From Octopus vulgaris (Eukaryota): a DNA stretch of 64,000 bases. Position numbers and translations under genes: made by a program. This document shows, piece after piece, positions 1-12,318 of this stretch. Positions within the stretch are counted from its first letter, which is position 1. Every line of letters starts with the position of its first letter. Under the pieces are notes generated by a model. That model was not told where the DNA came from and did not search any database. It was given only the letters and a program-made list of their open reading frames with translations. The stretch lies in NCBI GenBank assembly GCA_951406725.2, contig OX597823.1:77934001-77998000 (forward strand), written 5' to 3'.

Positions 1-86
1 GAAGAAGGCTGGAGGGTATATCAACCGAAACATTGTGTTGACAATAAACAAGATGAGGACAAATATCCGTCGAATGTAAATAATGT
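1..86 (+). mobile_element. Edge-truncated Penelope-pLTR-like element with partial hammerhead motif
   Basis: Starts GAAGA-A-GGCTG..CAACC-GAAAC-ATTGT-GTT, i.e. the 3' part of a (CU)GAAGA / stem II / GAAAC core; the 5' part lies outside the window. Confidence 0.4.
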
Positions 87-106
87 CCTATCATTTTAGT
101 TTTTTT

Positions 107-500
107 TTTTTTACTTGTTTCAGTCTTTAGACTGTGGCCATGGTGGGGTACCACCTTGAAGAATTTTTAGTCAAATGAATTGGCCACTGCACTTTATTCT
201 CTTAAGCCTGTTACTTATTCTACCAGTCTCTTTTTGCTGAACTGCTAAGTTACAGGGTTGTAAGCACACTAAGACTGGTTGTCAAGTAGTTGGAGGTAGG
301 GGACAAATACAGAGAAACATACACACACACATACACACACACACATATATGATTGTCTTCTTTCAGTTTCAGTCTATGACTTCCACTCACAAGGCTTTGG
401 TTGACCCAAGGCTCTAGTAGAAGACATTTGGCCAAGATTCTGCCCAGCAGAACTGAACCAGGAACCATGTGGTTGGGAAGCAAGCTTCTTATCACACAGC
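107..500 (-). mobile_element. tRNA-headed SINE, family A, diverged copy
   Basis: Same head (GGTTCCTGGTTCAGT B-box-like), central and 3' modules as the younger copies at 22246-22662, 24561-24940 and 31028-31446. Confidence 0.85.
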
Positions 501-1028
501 TACATCACAGTCTTACAAAATTCCCTCACCATTTTAAGTAATTTGTCTTCATAACATCACCTCATCAGTGACCCTTGTGACAAAGAAATTATCATAAATA
601 CCTTTATTGTCACTTACTACATCATGTAATCACTCACAGAATGGGAATCATAGAATTACTCATAGAATTTTTATTGCCCAGCAGATGTTGCCATAAGCCA
701 CTTATCTTGTATTGAATCTCACATAAATTAGAGTCTTATAGCAAAAAACACATTTATTATTGTCTAGTATTTTTGAGTTGCTGGAGAGGCTGTAATATAT
801 TTTTAAGAATTTAGTGTATGGCTAGGCTCTACCAGTGATCAGAATAGATGTTATTTTGCATAGATATCCCTATGAAAGGCATGGATATCCCAACTTCCCT
901 CCCAGCACCATCTGTATGATCCTGAATATTTTTATTTTTTTAAATTGCAATCATTAATATGATTAGTGTTATAGAAACAGAGTAATAATACAAACATAAA
1001 CAGTTTTTATCATATACCCACATACAGA

Positions 1029-1900
<872 letters not shown>

Positions 1901-2283
1901 TTTTATTATTATTCTTTCCCTCAATATAAATGAGCAAATATTCCACATTATATGCTTCATGTGGAGAGAGAAAAATAATCAATAAAAGAAACAATGAAAT
2001 GGTAAAACATATTCTGGTGGCAGCTGATTTAGATGGTGCTATTGTATCTTAAACAGAAACGATGAAGTTTTTGGAAGATTGAGCTCAATAAAATTAAAGA
2101 TTAAATATAATCTTAACTCCTCCAAGGCAAAAATTTAAAAATAAATATTTCTGATAAGGATTTGAGTATTAAATTGTGTAAAATGTCTTTTCAATAAAAT
2201 TTTTTGAAGTTATGCATTAAAATTAGTGTTTAAAAATACTGAAAAACTGTGTGTAAGGGATGAAAAGAATATAAATTTCTTGC

Positions 2284-2343
<60 letters not shown>

Positions 2344-2348
2344 CATGC

Positions 2349-2379
<31 letters not shown>

Positions 2380-2581
2380 TATATGTATGTAGATATGCAT
2401 GAATGTGATGTATATGTATGTTTCTGCATGTATACTTACTCACACGAGCACACATACCCCCACAAGCACACATACTCCCACGTGTATATGAATGAGTGAG
2501 CGAATGAAAGGAAGTGGAACTCAGCACATTTGGCAGAAGTTGCATGTATGCTTTAATAAAAATTTGATTCGACTCCATAGG

Positions 2582-2633
2582 AATTAACTTCAAGTTTCGT
2601 GGACATGTAGGATGTATCCTTCTCATCTGATGC
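2582..2633 (-). ncRNA. Decayed hammerhead motif, left arm of an old fold-back
   Basis: Minus strand reads GCAT-CAGATGA-GAAGGA..TCCAC-GAAAC-TTGAA-GTT and aligns with the + copy at 2646-2697. Confidence 0.5.
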
Positions 2634-2645
2634 TTGGAAGCTCTA

Positions 2646-2697
2646 GCATCTGAAGAGATGAACATATCCTATTGGCCATCAAAACTTTAAGTAATGT
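2646..2697 (+). ncRNA. Minimal type-I hammerhead ribozyme with G12A change, probably inactive
   Basis: GCAT-CTGAAGA-GATG(16 nt)CATC-AAAAC-TTTAA-GTA-ATGT; stems I, II and III pair, and GAAA to AAAA fits CpG decay. Confidence 0.7.
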
Positions 2698-2751
2698 GGA
2701 GCTGAGTCAAAGTGTTATTAAATATATACATATATATACATATATGTAGAG

Positions 2752-2952
2752 TCACCATGATAGATCGTTAGCCACTACACACATATTTTTTCTCTCCTCA
2801 TTTCTCTCCTTGTTTTTTCTGTGTCCCTTTCTGTAGAAGAGCATAGGCCCGAAACATAAAAGACTTTTTCTATTCCTGAGCATAATACTAATACATCTGT
2901 TTGTTTTGTACACCACCTGTCTTCGTCTTTTGTTTTTTTCGTAAACTCTCCC
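2752..2952 (+). mobile_element. (TA)n-anchored ~200-bp element, family H1, with mutated HHR-like motif at 2827-2862
   Basis: Homologous to 5038-5195 and 21521-21710; ends CTCTCCC(TA)n; motif CTTT-CTGTAGA-A-GAGC-ATAG-GCCC-GAAAC-ATA-AAAG. Confidence 0.75.
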
Positions 2953-3032
2953 TATATATATATAAGAATTTCTTTGTGTAATAAGATAAAAAACCAAAGC
3001 TGTATAGATATTAGAGAATTTATAGATAGAAG

Positions 3033-3084
3033 GTCTTACAGCTGTTTCTAGGATATCAATTAATAATATCCCTTCATCGGAGAC
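3033..3084 (-). ncRNA. Minimal type-I hammerhead ribozyme (U4C variant) in a (TA)n-flanked element at about 2962-3110
   Basis: Minus strand: GTCT-CCGATGA-A-GGGATATT..GATATCCT-A-GAAA-CAGCTG-TA-AGAC; palindromic stem III ACAGCUGU, GUA site. Confidence 0.75.
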
Positions 3085-3258
3085 AGTGTGAGAGGAAAGT
3101 TGTCATAGTTATATATATATATAAATGTGAGAAAAGGTTGTGTTCTATTTCATTCTTTATTTTGTGGGGTTCCAAAATTAAATTTCTAATAAAGATTCTT
3201 CATATTAAATTGGTAGCTTACTATTGTAAGTATTTTTCAAATATGAAAATGCTACAAG

Positions 3259-3464
3259 TATAAGGTGTGTTATGAACATTTATCGAACACGTATCCTATA
3301 GAAACTCAACAAACAATTACAGATGGAGAAGAGAAGGTGTTAAAAGTTTTTATAAAATTTTAATCCATGGATTAAAGTTTTATAAAACTTTTAACACCTT
3401 CTCTTCTCCATCTTTAATTGTTTGAGTTTCTGTAGGATACATGTTCTATAAATGCCCATAACAC

Positions 3465-3472
<8 letters not shown>
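3259..3472. repeat. Palindrome with ~105-bp arms and no spacer, centre CCATGG
   Basis: Arms reverse-complement with few mismatches/indels; abuts (TA)n at 3469; related single copy at about 35660-35865. Confidence 0.9.
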
Positions 3473-3541
<69 letters not shown>

Positions 3542-3568
3542 GTATATATGTATATATATGTATATATG

Positions 3569-3606
<38 letters not shown>

Positions 3607-3646
3607 TATGTATGTATATATATATATGTATGTATATATATATATG

Positions 3647-3678
<32 letters not shown>

Positions 3679-3690
3679 TGTACATAACAC

Positions 3691-3747
<57 letters not shown>

Positions 3748-3752
3748 GATAA

Positions 3753-3807
<55 letters not shown>
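3469..3807. repeat. (TA)n microsatellite array
   Basis: Directly visible. Confidence 0.95.
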
Positions 3808-3811
<4 letters not shown>

Positions 3812-3926
3812 GGATAATTATTTAACTTTGTGAAACTGAAAGGTAATTACATTAAGCCGAAGAAGAAAAATAAAAATAGGACTGCAGCTGGAGGTGCTCA
3901 TGTGACACCAGGAAGAAAGGAGAAAT

Positions 3927-4226
3927 AAATTGAAAGGTATAATGAATAAACATTCCAATCAGTCCATTCCCGAATTATTAAAAATAAATATGAATATATA
4001 TTAAAATAATAGAGCACCCAGTGGCAAAACCCAAAGTATAAAATATACGCATATATAGGTTTTATCCCCTTTTATTTGTATATATGTGTATATTTTATAC
4101 AATTGGGTTTTACCATTGGGTACCCTATTGTTTTAATATATTTTTATATTCGATTTTTGATAATTTGGGAATGATATAAAGTTGTTTTGATCAATTGGAA
4201 TGTTTATTCAATATACCTTTCAATTT
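3927..4226. repeat. Diverged inverted repeat (~130-bp arms) between TA tracts
   Basis: AAATTGAAAGGTATAATGAATAAACATTCCAAT.. versus ..ATTGGAATGTTTATTCAATATACCTTTCAATTT. Confidence 0.8.
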
Positions 4227-4966
4227 GTATATATATATATATATATATATATATGCATATGTAAACATCCATCAATCCATCCATGCATTATATATATATG
4301 GCTGTATGTGTATTGAGCTTGCTTTGTAACCAAGTAATTACTATGCAGTACATTGGGCAAGTTTTCTGCTGTAGTCTTGAGCTAACTAATGCATTGTAAG
4401 TGGTAATGGTCAATATATGCAAGCACACACGTGTGTATATATATATATATACACACACACACGTATACATACATGTTGGGTCACCTTAGCAGCATTATAG
4501 ACCTCTGGGCAAATCAGTGTTTTGGGCCCAAAGTAATAATTTATTGACAGTTATCCACAGTGTATATAGACCAATATTGGAACCCTAGACCTGTTGAGCC
4601 CCTGGGCCACTGTACATTGTGCCCATTCCTTAAGATGTCACAGTGTATTGGTGTGATATGTTGAAGTTGCTGTCAATAATATTCTTGTATAGGAATAATA
4701 AATTAGTACTCTATAAAAGTAAAGAGTAACGCATCAGATTAATGTAAAATTGCTATTATGACAGATTATAAAACCAAATGTTGATATCTCTCTTCCTCTC
4801 TCTCTCTCTCCCCCTCTCTCTCTCTATTTATATATATTAATATTTCACTTAGGCATAGTAAGATTAATAACCTGGTGTAGAACTCAATATACGTATGGTC
4901 CAGAACACAATGTTATATGAGTATAGATTTGTAATAGAAAACAAAGAGATGACACATCTCTTGTTT

Positions 4967-5037
<71 letters not shown>

Positions 5038-5039
<2 letters not shown>

Positions 5040-5195
5040 GGAGAGTTTACGAAAAAATCAAAAGACGAAGACAGGTGGTGTGGAAAATAAACAGATGTAT
5101 TAGTATAGCGCTCAGGAATAGAAAAAGTCTTTTACGTTTCGAGCCTACACTCTTCTACAGAAAGGGACACAGAAAAAACAAGGAGAGAAAGGAAA
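5038..5195 (-). mobile_element. Family H1 (TA)n-anchored element
   Basis: Homologous to 2752-2952; TA tracts on both sides. Confidence 0.8.
5129..5164 (-). ncRNA. 36-nt hammerhead-like motif with A6U core variant, best H1 copy
   Basis: Minus strand: CTTT-CTGTAGA-A-GAGT-GTAG-GCTC-GAAAC-GTA-AAAG; stems I and II pair, stem III is only the ACGU palindrome. Confidence 0.6.
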
Positions 5196-7510
5196 TATAT
5201 ATATATATATATATGCTCTTTGTTATGGCCCCAGTTTGAACCATCAGTAGGAGCAGCTTTTGCTTAATTGGCAGGATTTAAAAGTTAATTGCCTTTAATT
5301 ACAGGTTTATCACTAAATTAGCAACATACCAAATTTCACTTTATAATATTTGAAGTAGTAAATATTACTTTCTTTCCACAACAAATTCTAAATCCAGCAG
5401 GAATACCATACAGATTTTCTTGAGTAAAACTGTTTAGACAGAAACTGTATTAAAACTTGTTGTGGGGTTTGTATCCATAATTCAAAAGGTTTGTACCTTT
5501 TGAATTCCGCCTCGTTACATTACTGTTCCACATTGATTGTACTTGAGAATTAATTAATTACCTGTTTCTGGACCACTCAGGCCATATTAGGTCAGGTGTA
5601 GGTGCAAGTGCTGTTTCAGTGCACTACTGCATCCACCATTTGTAGTTAATTGCTCGGGTCAGCCAAGACAGCCCGCTGAGCTGTGTGCCATTCAGTCTGT
5701 ATCTTGGCAAAATACTTCCACATCCACCGTGACCATTTGGCATGCGGTTGACCCACACAAGCCATCACACCCACTCAGGTCCTCAGAGAAGAGAATATGA
5801 TATGCTGGGTCAAACTCAGAAAATTAAGCAACATAACTAAGCACTTTGAAGTGTCACTCCTGAATTATACATGTAACAGGACATCCTAATTTCTGAGTAG
5901 AAATCGCTGGGTGTATGCGAAATCTGACTGACTCATTATCCTGCAAAACATCTTTGTACCAAAAGCATTCATGTATTTCCTAAGGGCCCTCAGCAGTGTC
6001 CAAGTCTTGGCTCTACAGAGCAAAACAAGAAGGGCAGAAACCGGAATGCCTGAACCATTGTCCCTTGATCAGGTATCAGTGTGTGTGTGTGTGTGTGTGT
6101 TGGCTGATGCCTGTGCCACCTGACTGGCACCCATGCCAAAAGCATGTAAAAAGCACCATTCAAGTGTGATCGGTGCCAGTACTAGTGGCAAAGAAAAAGC
6201 ACAATTTGAGCATGGTTGATGCTGGTGCCAGCTGACTGGCTCCCATGCTGGTGGCACATAAAAAGCACCATTCGAGTGTGGTTGATACCATATATAACTG
6301 TATATAATATATATCATAATGGTATTTAATCTCTAATTTTAAAGTGACAATTTTTAAATATAAACAAATGACTGAAAAATTATGAGCTAACCTCAGGCTG
6401 AATTGAACCCACAAATCGTAGCTGTCATGGCTCCATGCGATTCTGATTGGCCAAACGCTCACCCATCAATGAATTATTATACTATGAGTCTTCCATAGTA
6501 GCTTTCTCTCCGCAACTTGCAAAGCCTTTCGGGTTTGTCTATAAAAATATTATTTATATATATATATATGAATTTTGTTCCCTGATGTATGTCCAAATGT
6601 AGTCAGAGAGAAATAGAATTGAATTAGCATAACTTCTTACAGTTTTTTATTGCCCCTGAAGGGATGAATGACAATCAGTTGCCAATGGGATATGAACTCA
6701 AACTCTGAAGGTATGAAACTAAATGGTTTATAATCATTTCTGCCAAGTGTCTGTCTATTGAAATGAATATGAACAGCTAATATTCATCATAAAGTGTTTT
6801 TTTCCTATCTTACCGCCTTGCTGTTTTATTTAGCTTTACTTGATATAAAAACACATTAAAGTAGGTATAGAAAGAAATAACTACTCATTATAGAATTGTT
6901 TGTCAAAGTTGTGGAGTTGTTGAGGCTGAAGTTATCTAATAAAATTCATTAGAATTCTTAATGGGAATTGAAAATCTAATTTCTTGAAGCTCTCTCACCG
7001 CAAGAGTTGGGTTTATATTGTATATAAAACAATGAAATGTTTTGTCTTAAAGAGTCATTGTTTTCATTATAGTTTGTCAGAACTGAAATTTTACTGATTG
7101 TTGTTGTTGTTGTTGTTGCTGTTGCTATATAGCCCATGGTCATTTTTTGAATTTGTAGACTGATAGCAGGCAGGTAGTTGACCAAGTGACTAGGCATAAT
7201 TTACAAATGTGTAATTTCAGTTATACCATGTCTCTGCCAAGCTAGGGACTACACCGACAGTCTAACAGTCTAGAAATGCATTCTCTATGCTATCCAGTCT
7301 CCTTTGATATGAATTCACCTGAGGTCACGCATTGTTCTATGCTGCAAGTTTTCTGTTTTAACATGATCGGAATTAAAATCATTACTTTATGTAATGAGCA
7401 CTGTATGTAGATGTTGAAGTTATCATACCGAATTCTTCATTTTCAAAATGAATTAAAACAATGGCAATGTATGTCATTAGAATTATGGTATCAAAAGTAT
7501 TGAGTTTGTA

Positions 7511-8064
7511 TTGGGTTGTCCGGAAAGTTCGTGCCGATTTATAGTAGCTTACCTTTCGACTTATTTTAGAACATGGTTGAGTCCATAAAATATGATTTGA
7601 CTACACCTCCATTTAGAGCACAGTTTAAGCTGTCTTTTCGAGGAAGAAGATTTATGTTCCTATAACCTTTGTTAATTCTGTAACCCTTTAAAATGGAAGA
7701 TAAGAAAGTTCATTTTCGGCACTTGATGCTTTGGGAACCAGACAAAAATTGCTGCAGCTCGGCTGGGATGTGTTACCCCAACCCTCCATATTCACCAGAT
7801 ATAGCTCCTTTGGATTTCCACTTATTCAGGTCTCTGCAGAATAGTCACCCAATTCCTTGGATGACGTTTAAAGATACCTTGATGAATTCTTTACCATGAA
7901 GCCACCTCAATTCTTAGAAGAGGGTATTTTCAAGTTAAAGGTAAGATGGAGATGCATTGTGCAACAAAATGGTTCATATTTGGTTGATTAAAAATGTAAT
8001 GGCAAATATTTATTGACCTTTTACTTTCCTTTAAAAATCGGCATGAACTTTCCGGACAACCCAA
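7511..8064 (+). mobile_element. Internally deleted mariner transposon (554 bp)
   Basis: 30-bp TIRs TTGGGTTGTCCGGAAAGTTCGTGCCGATTT with 1 mismatch, TA on both sides; transposase remnants MEDKKVHFRHLMLWE, PPYSPDIAPLDFHLFRSLQN and RWRCIVQQNGSYLVD*. Confidence 0.95.
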
Positions 8065-9444
8065 TATATTCATATATCAACCATGACAGGGGTGGGAAAA
8101 ATGATTTTCAGTACTTATCACTTGCTGGTACCTACCTATACCAAACTGAAGGCTATATTCCTTATCAAAGTCTCACAATTCAAAACTTTTTACCCAATTC
8201 AAAACCTTATATGTCCAGTTCAAAACCTTGACCAAGCCAAGATGTTATATGAAATCCAAGACATTATGACCAATTCTGGATCACTGATTTATCGATCACT
8301 CATTTTCTTATTGTAGAAATTAATTGCATGGATAAGTTCTTGAAATCTTTTCCTGTGTTTCTCTGTTCCTTACTTATTATATTTCCAGTAGCTGTGTTCC
8401 ATCTATTTTAACCAGCTGAATGAATAATGCTAAAGCATAGAAGCGTATTGCAATTTACTGTGAATAATTAGCATAAGTTATCTACTGGCTTCCTCTTCAT
8501 TTTACATTTACTCTTGAGTTTCACAAATAAAAATAAGTAAATTAATAAATAAATAACAAAACAGAATGAAATATGTAAATATCTTTCAATTTGTGGTTGG
8601 TTTTATTTTCAAAACTTTTTTCTAAAAAAAACTATAAAAGCATAATAATATCAGTGCAGCAGAGGAAAAATATACAAAAAAAAGCAAAAATTTAAAAACA
8701 TGTGTAAAATAGGAAAAAACCTGTTAGGTTTCAATTTTTGTTTCTGGAAAAGATGCATTAGAGAAAATTAATTATTATCAAACTGTTTCTGGTGCTTTCT
8801 TTAATATCCAATTAGAACAAAATAATGATAGTCTTCATTACTTTATTATATGTATCATGCATTTTTGTATACAAAGCACATGAGTGTATGGGTATCTAGG
8901 TATGCATGTGTATGTATGTATGTATATATATATGCCAGCATGTGTATGTATTTGGAAGCTTGCAAGATCTATACACTTGTATGTTGTGTATTTGTGCAGT
9001 AACTCAAAAGTGGTTGCAGATGTGTGTGTTGTTAGTAATTTAAGCAGCCCTATATACACACACTACTGAACTTGTGTGTGTACATTTACCTTTAAAACTT
9101 TTATGTAAGACTGTGTATCTATTATATTGTGTTTTGGGAGTGTTTATGGGTTTGTGGTTCAGATAATCACTCCTGAGCTATATGGTCCTTGGGCAATTGT
9201 TTTCTACTAAATCTTTGGGCTGTCTAAAATCTTGTCAGTGGGTTTGGCTGGGGAAGACTAAAAGAAGCCCATATCTGTGTTAATGTATGTATCATCATCA
9301 TCGTTTAACATCCGCTTTCCATGTTCCAATCTGATCTGGCAATGTTTCTACATCTGGATGCTCTTCCTAATGGCATACATGTATATGTGTGTGCGTGTGT
9401 GTGTATGTATATATATATATATACATATGTATATATGTTATATA

Positions 9445-9491
<47 letters not shown>

Positions 9492-9504
9492 TATATAGAA
9501 GGAG

Positions 9505-9551
9505 CTTCTACAGGACTAGTACTGTTTCATTCAAGAGAAATCTTCAGGAAG
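9505..9551 (-). ncRNA. Possible degenerate hammerhead in a ~100-bp TA-flanked insert
   Basis: Minus strand: CTTC-CTGAAGA-TTTC-TCTT-GAAT-GAAAC-AGTACTA-GTC-CTGTAGAAG; core intact, stem I not contiguous. Confidence 0.35.
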
Positions 9552-9598
9552 AAATCTTCAGGAAGATGTGGTTAACCCCGAATCAACCCGGGACCTAC

Positions 9599-9632
<34 letters not shown>

Positions 9633-9660
9633 ATGTATATATATGTATGTATATGTATAT

Positions 9661-10030
9661 ATCATCATCATCATCATCATCATCGTTTAACGTCCGTTCT
9701 CCATGCTAGCATGGGTTGGACGGTTCGACCGGGGATCTGGGAAGCCAGAAGGCTGCACCAGGCTCCAGTCTTATCTGGCAGTGTTTCTACAGCTGGATGC
9801 CCTTCCTAACGCCAACCACTCCGTGAGTGTAGTGGGTGCTTTTTACGTGCCACCTGCACAGGTGCCAGGCGAGGCTGGCAACGGCCACGGTCGGATTGGT
9901 GTATTTTATGTGCCACCGGCATGGAAGCCAGACGAGGCGGTGCTGGCATCGGCCACGAGTCGGATAGTGCTTTTTACGTACCACCAGACCAGGGATCCTG
10001 GCTGGTTCAATTCGATTTCGATTTCGCTTG
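9661..10030 (-). mobile_element. (GAT)n-tailed SINE-like element, family B, with internal ~60-bp minisatellite
   Basis: (CAT)n-CGTTTAACGTCCG..CTGGATGCCCTTCCTAACGCCAACC followed by repeated GTGCTTTTTACGTGCCACC units; many copies in the window. Confidence 0.85.
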
Positions 10031-10137
10031 TATATATATGTATATATATGTGTATATATATATATGTATATATATGTGTATATATATATATATGTGTGTG
10101 TGTGTATTTAAATATGCATATATATGTGTGTATATTG

Positions 10138-10228
<91 letters not shown>

Positions 10229-10332
10229 TATGCATATAGATAGATAGATACATGCATACATACATAGATACATACACACATACACACATACACACATACA
10301 TACATACATACATACATACATACATACACAAG

Positions 10333-10700
10333 CATAGCTGTGGGTTAAGAGGTTTGCTTCCCAGCCACATGGTTCTGGGTTCAGTCCCACTGTGTGGTAC
10401 CTTAGGCAAGTATCTTCCAGTATTGCCCTAGGTTGATCAAAGCCTTGCTAGTGGATTCGTTTTGAGAAAACTGAAAGGAATCCTTTGTTTGTGTGTGTTT
10501 GTGTCTACTTGTCTTGGTACAGTGAGTAGATGTGAATAATTGTCATCGTGATATAAGCTGCGCCATTCGTTTCCAATAAACAGTGAAAACATGTCGTCAT
10601 GGGGAAATATTACTTTACTTGGAAACAAGTAAAGGTTGGCGGCAATAAAAAGGGCCTGTGACCATAGAAAAATCTGCCTTAATTAACTCTGTCCAACAGA
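10333..10700 (+). mobile_element. SINE with family A head and alternative B-like 3' module
   Basis: A-type head followed by GGGGAAATATTACTTTACTTGGAAAC..GGTTGGC; similar to 49040-49492 and 61085-61525. Confidence 0.7.
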
Positions 10701-10847
10701 GAGTATTATATAAATAGACATATTCATTTTCCTACTGCATATCCACAGTTTTTTCAGCAAATCCAACGTTCACTTGATAAACTGATATCAATATATGTCT
10801 TCTAGACATTATTGCCTTAAGTATGAGTATAAAAATTGCACCCTTCT

Positions 10848-11078
10848 TATTTCTTTATTGCCCACAAGGGGCTAAACATAGAGGGGACAAACAAGGACAG
10901 ACAAACGGATTAAGTAAATTACATCAACCCCAGTGTGTAACTGGTACTTAATTTATCGACCCCAACAGGATGAAAGGCAAAGTTGACCTCAGCGGAATTT
11001 GAACTCAGAACGCAACAGCAGACAAAATACCGCTAAGCATTTCACCCAGTGTGCTAATGATTCTACCAGCTTGCCACC
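10848..11078 (-). mobile_element. tRNA-headed SINE, family C (Nin/Deu-like central domain), with 12-bp TSD
   Basis: TSD TTGCACCCTTCT at 10836-10847 and 11079-11090; domain TTTGCCTTTCATCC..GGGGTCGATAAATTAAGTACCAG on the minus strand. Confidence 0.9.
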
Positions 11079-11491
11079 TTGCACCCTTCTGCCAACCCAT
11101 GTTGAGCTAGTGTGGCAGAATAGGCTCATCAAACCAGTGTGATCTCAAGTCATTATCTGGTGGAGAGAACATGCTGAGGCCTCCGACCTGCAGTGGACTG
11201 AACATGGGTTATCCAATCCAATCCAATCCAATCCAATCCAGTACATACTTATTTAGATCTATGCCTGACAAGTTTTACTTCAGATTTGTGGGTAGTGCAG
11301 CAATTGCTATGGCTGGAGTGACAATTCCAGCTACAGATAGTGTCTGTTGGTCTTCTCATGATGCCATTTCTTCAACAGCAAAGTATAGAACCTTTGTACC
11401 ATCCTACTGAAAATTGTTGGAAGATTGTACCTCAAGTGCCAGACTGGATTTATGGAGACTTGGAATATATATATATATATATATATATAAA

Positions 11492-11832
11492 TTCCACCTC
11501 GGCATCCAAAACTCAGAGTTTTATCTTGCCTACCGAATAATTGTCACATATTATATTTACAGATAAATTCCTCTATTTACATAATATTGAGGTCTCTTTC
11601 TTTCGTTTGTTATCTTACCGTTTTTACCAATAAATTACCTCCCAAACGACACTATTCTTCACTAAGAGCTAATACGGCTTTTTTTGGATAATCGCCAGAC
11701 ATCGGTTGATAACTCTAGCACACAGATGGCCAGATAACTGAAGAGATGGTGGTGTGGATTTCCACCTTGGCATCTGAAACTCAGAGTTTTATCTTGGCTA
11801 CCGAATAATTGTCACATATTATATTTACAGAT

Positions 11833-11833
<1 letters not shown>
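11492..11833 (+). mobile_element. Retrozyme/pLTR-like partial tandem (268-bp period) between TA tracts
   Basis: 74-bp direct repeats at 11492-11565 and 11760-11833, each containing the 3' half of an HHR. Confidence 0.8.
11727..11800 (+). ncRNA. Type-I hammerhead ribozyme
   Basis: TGGCC-AGATAA-CTGAAGA-GATG..GGTG..CACC..CATC-T-GAAAC-TCAGA-GTT-TTATCT-T-GGCTA; stem I 6+5 bp; GUU site at 11786-11788. Confidence 0.8.
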
Positions 11834-11911
<78 letters not shown>

Positions 11912-11982
11912 CCCAAGAGGTTTTTAACTCAATATTCTATATGCCATTATTTATAGCTTTATCTACTTTGAGTTTGACTGTT

Positions 11983-12028
<46 letters not shown>

Positions 12029-12286
12029 TCATAAACAAACATATATATATATATATATTCTTTTATTAATAAAGTAATACTTGACTACAGTATAGTTGCT
12101 TCAGTACCTATCTGTGTCTTCTCAGATGTAAAGAAAAAAAAATATATTATTTCCTTAATAAAAGAAATATTGAGTCTACATTTATAGTGTATTGAATACT
12201 TTTTAAGTCATAGTCTGCTTGATTCTCGTTCAAGATTTATAACCAATGCATACATTCACATCAGTATATTTGCATAAGTGTGTTCA

Positions 12287-12318
<32 letters not shown>

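Noticed and set aside
5600-6060. GC-richer stretch, possibly an exon or LINE fragment (similar stretches at 11240-11460 and 63060-63500)
   Set aside because: No open frame or recognisable motif; cannot be classified without a database search.
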